A stretch of DNA of 39,594 nt, from contig JAVZPV010000001.1 in NCBI GenBank assembly GCA_038881385.1, forward strand, positions 1 through 39,594, read 5' to 3'. The DNA is from Candidatus Micrarchaeaceae archaeon (GTDB lineage Archaea; Micrarchaeota; Micrarchaeia; Micrarchaeales; CABMGC01). Positions 9,196 to 17,570 of the stretch are shown here, in pieces. The first letter of the stretch is position 1. The number at the start of each line of letters is the position of its first letter. Made by a program: the position numbers and the translations under genes. The notes under the pieces were generated by a model. It was not told the DNA's origin. It saw only the letters and a program-made list of their open reading frames with translations, and ran no database searches.

Positions 9196-10282
9196 GGAGA
9201 GCCTAGACAGGAGAATTTCGGCAGTTCTAAAAAACGCCGGAGTAGGGATTATACTTTTGGTAAATACAAATTCCGAAGACCCAAATTTTATTTATATGAC
9301 TGACCTGAGGGGGGGCTTGTTTGAGGGTAATTTCTTACTTATATCAAAGAAGGGGGCAACTCTTTTTACTTCGCCTCTTGAATATGAGCTAGCTAAGGGC
9401 CAGCTGAGCAATAAAATTAAGATAGTGAACCTTGACAGCACTGAGAAAGTTGAGCTCCTTGAAAGGGAGCTAAAAGGCAAAGAAATAGGAATAAACGGGA
9501 ATTTTCTGCCCTACAACAGCTTAAGGCGCATTAAAAAAAGATTTAAGTTAGGAAAAATTGTAGATGTTTCTAATGCGTTTGAAGAAGCACGGAGAATAAA
9601 GGACAATGGAGAGATATCAAGAATAAGAATGGCAAACAAGATAACAAAGAATGCGATAGCAAAAGTCCAGGCTGAGCTTAAGGTGGGTATGACCGAAAAG
9701 GAGGTAGCAAGAAGATTTGGGAATTATATACTCGAATATGGCGCCGATGGAACTTCTTTTGATTCTATAGTTTGTTTTGGCAAAAATTCGGCTCTGCCAC
9801 ACCATGCGCCTGACATGACTAAATTAAAGCATGGAGATTTGGTTCTAATAGACGTAGGAGTAAAGGTAGGCAATTACTGCTCTGATGTCACCCGTACAAT
9901 TATATTTGGCGATCCGAAGGTACCTATAAAAGATTATGAAAAGAAAAAACGGATAATACAAGTAGTAAAGGAGGCGCAAGCTGCTGCAATTGCTTCAATC
10001 AAGCAGGGGGTGGCAGGAAAAACGCCTCATCTCGTAGCAAGCGGAATAATAGACAGGGCAGACGGAGGAGCCTATAAGGGAAGCTTTATCCATTCGCTTG
10101 GGCACTCAATAGGAATAGAGGTGCATGATGGCTCTGGCAGGTTCCTCTCCCCAGAATCTGAACTTGTATTAAAGGCAGGTATGGTAAGTTCTGTAGAGCC
10201 TGGAATTTATATACCAGGTTTTGGAGGCGCACGGATAGAGGATGATGTACTAGTTACAGAAAATGGCGCCTTAATACTTTGA
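9188..10282 (+). CDS. M24-family Xaa-Pro aminopeptidase / prolidase
   Basis: HHAPD...GDLVLIDVGVKVGNYCSDVTRT...HSLGHSIGIEVHD...EPGIYIPGFGGARIEDDVLVT carries the pita-bread-fold metal ligands in canonical order. Confidence 0.85.
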   Translation: MDKESLDRRISAVLKNAGVGIILLVNTNSEDPNFIYMTDLRGGLFEGNFLLISKKGATLFTSPLEYELAKGQLSNKIKIVNLDSTEKVELLERELKGKEIGINGNFLPYNSLRRIKKRFKLGKIVDVSNAFEEARRIKDNGEISRIRMANKITKNAIAKVQAELKVGMTEKEVARRFGNYILEYGADGTSFDSIVCFGKNSALPHHAPDMTKLKHGDLVLIDVGVKVGNYCSDVTRTIIFGDPKVPIKDYEKKKRIIQVVKEAQAAAIASIKQGVAGKTPHLVASGIIDRADGGAYKGSFIHSLGHSIGIEVHDGSGRFLSPESELVLKAGMVSSVEPGIYIPGFGGARIEDDVLVTENGALIL

Positions 10283-10285
10283 ATT

Positions 10286-10359
10286 GGGGGGTTCTGCTAG
10301 TCTGGTAAGGCTACCACCTTCGGGAGGTGGTGACCCGTGTTCAAATCACGGACCCCCCG
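10286..10359 (+). tRNA. tRNA-Pro (anticodon CGG), no intron
   Basis: Acceptor GGGGGGT/ACCCCCC, anticodon arm CCACC-TTCGGGA-GGTGG, T arm CCGTG-TTCAAAT-CACGG. Oddities: the D stem TGCT/GGCT has a U-U mismatch at its first pair, and the discriminator is G. Confidence 0.8.
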
Positions 10360-10408
10360 TTTATATTTGACTGGCATCTTGCAAAGCGGCCTCACTGATT
10401 GGATAAGA

Positions 10409-11674
10409 TCAGCCGCTGCATCTAGCAGCTGCCTCTGCCCTTATCTCCCTAAAAAAGTATAGCATTGCCCCAACAGTCCATGCTTGGGGATTGCACGGCG
10501 GCGATGAAAGGCGCGGATCTGACAGGCTTATCAACGAGCCGTCAGGTGCAACAGGCAGGTATTCAGGGGCAGAGCCTGTTTCTAGGAAGCACTCCACAAC
10601 TGCAGCCCTTATTTGTTTGTAAATCTTTGTAAAGCCCATTCTTTTCATTCCCATTGCTATTATCCAGTTATCATGGGGCCATACAGAGCCTCTCTGATAG
10701 GAGAACTCATCGAAATCCGGCTCGTTAATTGAGTGTGTACGTATCCCGAAGCGCGTCCACATGTCAGGCTTGGTTAACCTGAGTGCGATCGCCTTTGCAC
10801 GCTCCCTTCCTATTATGCCGGTAAAAAGGAGCTGACCTGCGTTACTTGCAACCTTCATTAACTTTTGATTGTTGCCGTCTATTGAAAGATAAAAAAAGTT
10901 ATCCTTTGCAGACCAGAATTCTGTGTTGAATTTGTCCTTCAGCATCCTTGCAGCAGTAGCCATTCTTGCTGCAAGCTCTGGGTCATATTTCCCGATCATC
11001 TTTTGGATCACGCTGGACGAAAGAGCCGCGTATGCATAGCCCTGCACCTCAGCAATGGCAATAGGCCCGACCACGGAGTCAGTAAGGCTGCCAATTCCGT
11101 CTTTCCAGCTTTGGCTTTGGAGCCCTTTTTCCTTTGCAGGCTTCCTATACCTGAGCAGCCCATCTATAATTCCATAATCAAGTATCCATCTTACTGCTGA
11201 TGCTGCGCTTTTCCAAAGAGACTCGTCGCACGTTCTGCCTACGTAGCTTGACATGCGAATCAAGAATAATGGAGTACTGTCCACAGAGAAGTAGTATCTT
11301 TTTCCAGGAATGAGCCAATTGATATTTGGCTTCCTGAAAGATGGGATTTCGTGTATTATTTTGCCTGGTTCTTCGCCATATTTGCCCTTTTCTTTACCCT
11401 GCACTTTAGCAAGGGTTTCAAGCGTATCTTTTGTTATATTAATGTCGTAGCCTTCAGTCTGCCACGAGAATATAAGCGAGTCCCTTCCGAAAAGATAATC
11501 GAAATTGCCGCCCCTAGCCAAGCCATTATCAGGCTTTATGCCTGCATGGTAATATTTGCCTGTCGGGTCTCTAAGCCTTGCCATATAACTAAGCATAAGA
11601 TCTTCACCCTTGGCAAGCTCATAGGTTAAGCCAGTGCTTCTGCCCTTACTGTTATTTAGGCGCTGCCTTATCAT
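10409..11674 (-). CDS. amylo-alpha-1,6-glucosidase / glycogen-debranching-enzyme C-terminal-like (alpha/alpha)6-barrel glycoside hydrolase
   Basis: 421 aa. FGRDSLIFSW, EEPGKIIHE, QSWKDG and RGSVWPHDNWIIAMGMKRMGF are typical GDE_C-family patterns. Confidence 0.65.
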   Translation of the reverse strand: MIRQRLNNSKGRSTGLTYELAKGEDLMLSYMARLRDPTGKYYHAGIKPDNGLARGGNFDYLFGRDSLIFSWQTEGYDINITKDTLETLAKVQGKEKGKYGEEPGKIIHEIPSFRKPNINWLIPGKRYYFSVDSTPLFLIRMSSYVGRTCDESLWKSAASAVRWILDYGIIDGLLRYRKPAKEKGLQSQSWKDGIGSLTDSVVGPIAIAEVQGYAYAALSSSVIQKMIGKYDPELAARMATAARMLKDKFNTEFWSAKDNFFYLSIDGNNQKLMKVASNAGQLLFTGIIGRERAKAIALRLTKPDMWTRFGIRTHSINEPDFDEFSYQRGSVWPHDNWIIAMGMKRMGFTKIYKQIRAAVVECFLETGSAPEYLPVAPDGSLISLSDPRLSSPPCNPQAWTVGAMLYFFREIRAEAAARCSG

Positions 11675-11873
11675 TTAGTTGCACTTAATTAATGGTTAAT
11701 AAATTCACTCTTGCTACAGTATTTTTTAAATTTTTCGTGATGTGCCGGAAATTTTATACAGGTTCGGATTTTATCGATGTCGACCAGATCAGCCCATTGA
11801 TAGTTAATTTCTAACCATTTCATGAAATACTTCTAGATTAGATTCCGAAGTGGTGCACCTCTATGCCTAAAAT

Positions 11874-13082
11874 CTAGTGCAGTACCACCTTAATTCTACG
11901 CTTATAGTAAACCATGAACATTGATTCTATTGCTGCCTTCAGTTCCTCCCTTTCTTTTGATATTTTTATGGATTTTTCATTTAGTCCACAAAGCTCGGAT
12001 TCAAGTTTTGAGGCATCATGCATTGCCTTTTTTATTTCTTCAATAAGCCTGCTTGAATCGGCCAATTCCTTTTCTAATGGCATTGCTTTGGCCTTAATTT
12101 CGTCCAGGCCCTCGAGCATTTCGCGTAACCTACCCTTTTTCACAGCTGATATAGCCAAGCGCACCTCCTCCTTATTCTTTACTGAGATAATACCTGTACT
12201 TATTTCTGAATCTAACTCATGCAGCTGCTTAAGCAGTTCGGCGTATATCTGCTCGTTGCGCAGCAATGCGTTACTCCCAATAAGGCCAGCAAGCTTTTGC
12301 TTATGCGTAGACAGGTAATCGTGCTTTTTTGCAGGCTTTTCTATGGTACCAAATATAGTGCTCAATTCTGCTTTGAGTTTGGTTTCAGTCATTTCCAGCT
12401 CTTTCTTGCGGGTAGCCAGTGAAGAGGCAGCGGCTTCAAGTGCTTCGAGCTTGCCAATATCAGCTCTTTTATTTGATTGCGAATTAATATCTTCAATGCT
12501 CGTTCTTATGCCTCTAAGCTCTTCGCCTAGAGACACTAGAGAATTTATTCTGCTAAGCAGATCGTTGTGCTCGTTTAACTCAGCTGCCCTTGAATTAAGC
12601 TCGGCATTAAGCATTCGCAAGCCGCTTTCAAGCGAGGAAAAAGCCTTCTTTAACTGCTTTAGGTCGTTTGGATATGCGTCGAGCACCATCTTGAATGAGG
12701 TGTTGGCTTCAAGTATCTCCTTGAGCAGGGCTTCTGAATCAGCGGCATATAAGCTGTACTTTTCGTATGTCGTTGCGCTGTTCTCCCAATTAACTCTGCG
12801 ATGGCTGGAAATAATCCTGCTTAGCAGGTTTGTGTACGAATCCTTTAGCTCCCTAACGTATGTAATGCTCGATGCTCTTATAAATTCTAGGTCTGGATCC
12901 TTGTTTAATTTGCGGAACTGTTCGCACGCGGCTGCAAGTTCAGATACTGATGAGTGCATGCCTGAAACTATGCGCAAAGCCTTTGATTCAAGGCTGGACA
13001 GCTTTTTGTTGAAACTCTCAGAAAGCGCCACTGTAAGCGCATCTTCTGTTATCTCCTCTGTATTCCTGCCTCCAAACAACAT
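11874..13082 (-). CDS. long coiled-coil protein, function unknown
   Basis: 402 aa. Almost entirely heptad-like and rich in E/K/L/S, with no NTPase motif. ATG at 13082-13080. The 259-aa antisense ORF 12343..13122 is a shadow of it. Confidence 0.55.
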   Translation of the reverse strand: MLFGGRNTEEITEDALTVALSESFNKKLSSLESKALRIVSGMHSSVSELAAACEQFRKLNKDPDLEFIRASSITYVRELKDSYTNLLSRIISSHRRVNWENSATTYEKYSLYAADSEALLKEILEANTSFKMVLDAYPNDLKQLKKAFSSLESGLRMLNAELNSRAAELNEHNDLLSRINSLVSLGEELRGIRTSIEDINSQSNKRADIGKLEALEAAASSLATRKKELEMTETKLKAELSTIFGTIEKPAKKHDYLSTHKQKLAGLIGSNALLRNEQIYAELLKQLHELDSEISTGIISVKNKEEVRLAISAVKKGRLREMLEGLDEIKAKAMPLEKELADSSRLIEEIKKAMHDASKLESELCGLNEKSIKISKEREELKAAIESMFMVYYKRRIKVVLH

Positions 13083-13091
13083 TTATATAGC

Positions 13092-13110
13092 CACGATATA
13101 CTATATCGTG
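13092..13110. promoter_or_regulatory. 19-bp perfect palindrome CACGATATA-C-TATATCGTG in a divergent promoter
   Basis: Read directly: 9+1+9 nt with arms that are exact reverse complements. It lies in the 36-bp gap between ATG 13082 (minus) and ATG 13119 (plus). TTTATATA at 13082-13089 abuts it. Confidence 0.6.
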
Positions 13111-13118
13111 TGGTCTTT

Positions 13119-14144
13119 ATGAAGATGCAGTCGGCCTTGGAGTTCCTTTCTACATACAGCTATGTGTTCATAGTAATAGGGATTGCCTTGGTCTCGGTGC
13201 TTCTCTTGGAAAACTCTGCGCAGGCTTCCCTGGTTTCCCAATGTTACGAATTCGGCGGATTTGAATGCAATTATGTCTATTACTACTCGAACATATCAGG
13301 CTATTATTCCGTTGCATCTTTTTCCCTTAGCAACTCCCAAAGCGTTCCGCTTAATGTAACGAATTTTTCAGTTGTAATAGGAAACACGAAAAGCAGCGGT
13401 CTTTGTACTCCAACCTTTGTGTATCCAGGCCAGACCAGCGTTTGTGAAGCTGTATTTAACATTGTAAGGTCACCTGCCGCTATAGTGCAGGGCACATATT
13501 CAATAGGGGCAAAATACTGCAATGGCGGCATAAGTGCTATTCCGCAAGGCATATGCACGCAGCCAACAACGTATGCAGGCAGCTTTTTGGCATACTCTAG
13601 CCAATTGTATAGCCAGCCATTGGGCATAAGTGTTGCAGAAGCGCCTGCAGGCTTAGGGGCTCCTTCATATAGCTCAATACAGCCCATGCATCTGCCTGCA
13701 AACTTTATACTAGTGCAAAACGGCGGCCAAAATGTGGGAGGAATTAGTGGAAGCTTAGTTTATTCTTTCGGCACATCAGATTATGTTGGCACAGTTGCGT
13801 TGGGCAATATGACTTCCCAGTTTCCTCAAAGCGCATCAATGCTCAATTCTGCATCGTCATGCAACGCATCGCAGCCACAGCTATTGTCAATGTTTTACAC
13901 TACAATTTACATAAGGGGGAGCGACAATGCGGAAAGCATAGAAACCACAAACGCCATGGCCGTATACTATAGGCCTGCAAACATACTGGCTCCATGGAAC
14001 AGCATTTTTGGAAGCTCGGCATGGAAAGGCGGCCTTAGTACTTACTCCTCTAATACAGTAATCGGAAGCGGACTTTACAGCATAGAGGCAGTGTGGTACG
14101 CACCGCCGTGCTCGCAGGCATTGCAGACCCTTAACATTTCTTAA
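13119..14144 (+). CDS. archaeal type IV pilin-like surface protein (class III signal peptide)
   Basis: ORF 13110..14144 with ATG at 13119. MKMQSALEFLSTYSYVFIVIGIALVSVLLL matches the prepilin N-terminus seen at 1-284. The mature part is Ser/Gly/Tyr-rich and Cys-containing with several N-x-S/T sequons. Confidence 0.6.
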   Translation: MKMQSALEFLSTYSYVFIVIGIALVSVLLLENSAQASLVSQCYEFGGFECNYVYYYSNISGYYSVASFSLSNSQSVPLNVTNFSVVIGNTKSSGLCTPTFVYPGQTSVCEAVFNIVRSPAAIVQGTYSIGAKYCNGGISAIPQGICTQPTTYAGSFLAYSSQLYSQPLGISVAEAPAGLGAPSYSSIQPMHLPANFILVQNGGQNVGGISGSLVYSFGTSDYVGTVALGNMTSQFPQSASMLNSASSCNASQPQLLSMFYTTIYIRGSDNAESIETTNAMAVYYRPANILAPWNSIFGSSAWKGGLSTYSSNTVIGSGLYSIEAVWYAPPCSQALQTLNIS

Positions 14145-15164
14145 TCAGACAACAGCTATGTCCTTGAAACCTTTCAACTGCAATCCGGCGTCATCGTCAG
14201 AATTGAATATTTCTATTTTTATTCCCTTCCTGTCTGCGATGTCAAGCACTTCTTTGAATGCAGGCTGGTTGATTACTGAATCATTGACAAGCACAGTTTC
14301 CGGCTTTGACTCATTTATGCTTCTCTTTACGTTCTCTAGGCCGTATGACGCGGAGCCTGTGCGCAACTCGGCCAAAAACTTGTTTAGGTATTCAAACTCT
14401 CTTTTTATGTGCTCGGTTTCTAGCATATCGCCTATCGCAGGGCTTCTTAGGACCTCCCTGATGCCGGAACGCTCAGCGTCTCCCGCAGGTGCGTAAAAAA
14501 GTCTCTTTTTTATAGTTATATTGTTTGAAGAGATATATTTCTTAAGGTCGTCCTTGGTAAAGCCAGGCCCGGCCAGTATTACTATGTCTACGTTCATGTT
14601 TTCCAGAGCCTTTATTATTTCTTCGAAATACTTTGCCCTCTGAGCCTCGAACTCTTTCTGCTTCATCCTCTTGCTCAGGTGGCTGTATAATTCTGCAACT
14701 ATGTCTATTCCATAGCCCTTTATGTATGAGATCGTAGCCTTCTCATCATCAAGCACAATTATCCCAAGCTTCGGCTTTTTGGATTCCTCCTGGGCCTGCT
14801 TAAGGCGCTTGAACATGTACTCTTTCCAGTCTTCCTTGAACATGTCGATTATGTCTCCTGGAGCTACATTTATGGTATGATAGCTTCCAAGGGCCACAAA
14901 TTCAGCTGGCACCGCCTCCTTTATAATTCCTATCAGCCTGAGCCTTCCGGCAGACTTGTCTATCTCAACTTTCTCCACTGATATTTTTACCGTTATTTCC
15001 TTTTGCTCTCCGACATCTTTCTCATTCGCCTTGAAGCGCCTGTAACTTCGCGCCTCAACCATATCGCCATTTGATATGAGCATTGCAAGCAGGTAAAGGT
15101 CATCGAAGGAATCCGGCTGGACCTTAAGCGCTTTAGATACCGGATTGAACCTTATCAATCGCAT
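14145..15164 (-). CDS. pelA: Pelota (Dom34) mRNA surveillance / ribosome rescue factor
   Basis: MRLIRFNPVSKALKVQPDSFDDLYLLAMLISNGDMVEARSYRR, then ILAGPGFTKDD and an eRF1-like C-terminal domain. ATG at 15164 (the ORF track starts at GTG 15176). Its stop abuts the pilin stop with 0 nt between them. Confidence 0.85.
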   Translation of the reverse strand: MRLIRFNPVSKALKVQPDSFDDLYLLAMLISNGDMVEARSYRRFKANEKDVGEQKEITVKISVEKVEIDKSAGRLRLIGIIKEAVPAEFVALGSYHTINVAPGDIIDMFKEDWKEYMFKRLKQAQEESKKPKLGIIVLDDEKATISYIKGYGIDIVAELYSHLSKRMKQKEFEAQRAKYFEEIIKALENMNVDIVILAGPGFTKDDLKKYISSNNITIKKRLFYAPAGDAERSGIREVLRSPAIGDMLETEHIKREFEYLNKFLAELRTGSASYGLENVKRSINESKPETVLVNDSVINQPAFKEVLDIADRKGIKIEIFNSDDDAGLQLKGFKDIAVV

Positions 15165-15224
15165 AAAGACCCACACACTTATTAGGTAAACACATATATA
15201 TCGTTGTGGCTTTAATTCTAGAAT

Positions 15225-15839
15225 ATGGCAAGCAACATAGGTTCAATTTCAGGACTTTCTTCTTCGTTGCTCAGCATTATAACTGCGCATTCGTATTTAG
15301 GCATATTCTTTTTGATGCTTCTTGAATCTGCCTCTCTTCCTGTGCCTAGCGAGGTTGTTCTTCCGGCAATAGGCGCTCTCGCAGCCTCTAAGGCTATTGA
15401 CTTGTGGTTTGGCCTTATTGCCGCGCTTGCTGGAAGCATGGCGGGCATTGCAGTTGACTATTACATAGCCTATTTTATAGGCAAGGAGATAGTCTACAAG
15501 CACCTTGAGGCCCTTAGGATAAAGCGCAGCACTCTCGATGCATTCGACTCTTGGTTTAGCAAAAATGGCTCGTTTGCTGTGTTTATCTCAAGGCTGATAC
15601 CTGTTGTAAGAGGCTTGATAAGCTTTCCGGCAGGCTTTGCTGAAATGCCAATATGGAAATTCATGATATATTCGTTTTTTGGCACTTTTATCTGGGATTT
15701 TGCACTAGTACTATTTGGCTATTATGCCCTTGCTACAAAAAGCATAGCGATAGAATTTGCTGCGGTGGCCTCCTTTGCTATTGTACTATACCTTATCTAC
15801 ACATATGCACTAAGCCACATAAAAACAAGGAAAAACTAA
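15225..15839 (+). CDS. DedA / SNARE-associated family membrane protein
   Basis: HSYLGIFFLMLLESASLPVPSEVVLPAIGALA and FISRLIPVVRGLISFPAG are hallmark DedA motifs. Confidence 0.8.
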   Translation: MASNIGSISGLSSSLLSIITAHSYLGIFFLMLLESASLPVPSEVVLPAIGALAASKAIDLWFGLIAALAGSMAGIAVDYYIAYFIGKEIVYKHLEALRIKRSTLDAFDSWFSKNGSFAVFISRLIPVVRGLISFPAGFAEMPIWKFMIYSFFGTFIWDFALVLFGYYALATKSIAIEFAAVASFAIVLYLIYTYALSHIKTRKN

Positions 15840-15866
15840 AAACCGTTACAAAACAGCATAGCTATC

Positions 15867-16190
15867 CTATTCGCCTTCTTGCCTAGGCTCTATTATGTAG
15901 TTTTTAACTATCTTTATTACCTGGTCTATTGCTCGTTTAATATCCGCCTCGGTCTTGGCACCGGTGCATATTATCTTGCCGTTCTTGAAGAGCAGCAATG
16001 CTGTCTTTGGATCGTGTATCTTGCATATTGCCCCAGGAAACTGCTCTGGCTCATAGTCCACATCTGATGAGGCCTTCGCTATACCGTAAAGGTCCAGTTC
16101 TACGCCAAGATCTGCGCTTGCAACTATGTTTTCTATCTTGAATTTCGGGTTCAAAACCACTTTTTTGCCTGATGCCTTAGATTTTGCCAT
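15867..16190 (-). CDS. TATA-box-binding protein homologue consisting of a single TBP repeat (107 aa)
   Basis: KIENIVASADLGVELDLYGIAKASSDVDYEPEQFPGAICKIHDPKTALLLFKNGKIICTGAKTEADIKRAI matches one TBP repeat. Canonical archaeal TBP is about 180 aa with two repeats. No second repeat is adjacent on either side. Confidence 0.75.
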   Translation of the reverse strand: MAKSKASGKKVVLNPKFKIENIVASADLGVELDLYGIAKASSDVDYEPEQFPGAICKIHDPKTALLLFKNGKIICTGAKTEADIKRAIDQVIKIVKNYIIEPRQEGE

Positions 16191-16214
16191 AGTATCAATC
16201 GTTTTTCCAATGTA

Positions 16215-16230
16215 TACTATTTAAATAGTA
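16215..16230. promoter_or_regulatory. palindromic TATA element TACTATTTAAATAGTA upstream of the TBP-repeat gene
   Basis: 16-bp perfect palindrome containing TTTAAATA. Its centre lies about 32 bp upstream of ATG 16190 (minus strand), spacing typical of an archaeal TATA box with a short leader or none. Confidence 0.55.
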
Positions 16231-16328
16231 GGTGGGAAGGTATTTATATATTGATACAGTATAGTTAACGCTAGTCTTTTGTTGCCCCATAGTGCAGCAA
16301 CTAGATCAGGTATTAATTAGTGATAGAT

Positions 16329-16625
16329 ATGGGAGGAAAATCTCATGGCCTATTATCTGGCAGGTCCAGGCACCTATCGAGGCATGGAAAACTCTCGACA
16401 CTTGGGTTGAGCAAGCTCATAAATAAGTTTGAGAAGGGAGACAAGGTAGTCATATCACCCCACGGCAATTTCAAGAATATACCACACCCGAGGTACAGGG
16501 GCAGGATAGGCACTGTAATAGGTGGAAGGGGAAATGCATATTTGGTGGATGTAACCACTGCAGGCTCCGCAAAGGTAACGCTCATAGTGCCAAGGGAGTA
16601 CCTTGGAAAGGTTAAGCAGCAATAG
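16329..16625 (+). CDS. rpl21e: 50S ribosomal protein L21e
   Basis: MGGKSHGLLSGRSRHLSRH...FEKGDKVVISPHGNFKNIPHPRYRGRIGTVIGGRGNAYLVDV is the L21e signature. ATG at 16329. Confidence 0.85.
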   Translation: MGGKSHGLLSGRSRHLSRHGKLSTLGLSKLINKFEKGDKVVISPHGNFKNIPHPRYRGRIGTVIGGRGNAYLVDVTTAGSAKVTLIVPREYLGKVKQQ

Positions 16626-16678
16626 CAATATGCATTAGCCGTATTGCAAGCCTATTTGGGCCTATTTGCATAGTCGTC

Positions 16679-17569
16679 TCATATTTCTATAACTTCGCAG
16701 TCCTTTGCGGCTTTTGAGTTTGGAAATACTTTGCGTGCCTCTGCTTCGATGCCATCTGTGCTTTTGTACCTGGCACTGAAGTGTATTAGAACAAGCATTT
16801 TTGCCTTTGCTTTCTTCGCAATAACTGCGGCCTCGGCCGCTGTAGAATGGCCCCTCTCCCTTGCAAGGCTGGCTTCAGCAGCAGTATAAGTTGCCTCATG
16901 GATAAGAAGGTCAGCGTCTTTTGCGGCTTCCAAAGTAGACGCAGTAGGCCTGGTATCTGAGGCGTAGACCACTTTCTTACCTATGCTCAAAGTGGTAACT
17001 TCTGATAGCCTTATAGTCTTACTTCCAAGCTTTATTCTCCCGTTCTTCTGCAAAACTGAGAACATCTCACCCTTTATTCCAAACCTTTTTGCCTTCGCCT
17101 CTATGAACCGCCTTTTGTCGTTCATCTTGAATACATAGCCGTAGCTGGAAATTGTATGGTCAAGCCTGAATGCAGATATTGTGAAGTCCTTGCCCACATA
17201 AACTGTGCCTTTATGCACACCTTTTATATCAATTGGATAGGTAAGTATTGCCTTGTCGAAATTGATGAGCGTGCGGATAGTGCCTTCTGAGCCTTTCGGA
17301 ACGAAGATTTCAAGCTTCTCCCTGCGCCCGTTTAGGGCAAGAGTACGCACAAGCCCTGCCAAACCTATTACATGGTCGCCGTGGGCATGGCTTATCATCA
17401 CTGCACGTATTTTGGATGAGTTAATGCCCGCCTTAAGCAGTTGCATTTGTGTCCCTTCCCCGCAGTCGAATAGAACCAGGTTGCCTTCATGCAAAAGAGC
17501 TACGCTGGTAAGATTGCGCTCCTTTGTCGGCGAAGCTCCGGAGGTGCCAAGTACAGTTATTCTTACCAT
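16679..17569 (-). CDS. rnz: ribonuclease Z (tRNA 3' endonuclease, metallo-beta-lactamase fold)
   Basis: ITVLGTSGASPTKERNLTSVAL...LFDCGEGTQMQL...ISHAHGDHVIGLAGL. ATG at 17569, 1 nt after the upstream gene's TAG. Confidence 0.85.
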   Translation of the reverse strand: MVRITVLGTSGASPTKERNLTSVALLHEGNLVLFDCGEGTQMQLLKAGINSSKIRAVMISHAHGDHVIGLAGLVRTLALNGRREKLEIFVPKGSEGTIRTLINFDKAILTYPIDIKGVHKGTVYVGKDFTISAFRLDHTISSYGYVFKMNDKRRFIEAKAKRFGIKGEMFSVLQKNGRIKLGSKTIRLSEVTTLSIGKKVVYASDTRPTASTLEAAKDADLLIHEATYTAAEASLARERGHSTAAEAAVIAKKAKAKMLVLIHFSARYKSTDGIEAEARKVFPNSKAAKDCEVIEI

Positions 17570-17570
17570 G

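Noticed and set aside
11689-11823. 44-aa minus-strand ORF (MKWLEINYQWADLVDIDKIRTCIKFPAHHEKFKKYCSKSEFINH) with a C-x6-HH-x6-C spacing in the 200-bp gap at 11675-11873
   Set aside because: It has an ATG and a stop and a possible Zn-like motif, but I recognise no family and have no conservation data. The evidence is too weak to annotate. It could be revisited with comparative data.
12343-13122. 259-aa plus-strand ORF (with 11914..12318 and 12219..12422) antisense to the coiled-coil gene
   Set aside because: Its Ser/Leu-rich low-complexity product is typical of the complement of GAA/AAG/CTT-rich coiled-coil codons. It also runs through the divergent promoter palindrome.
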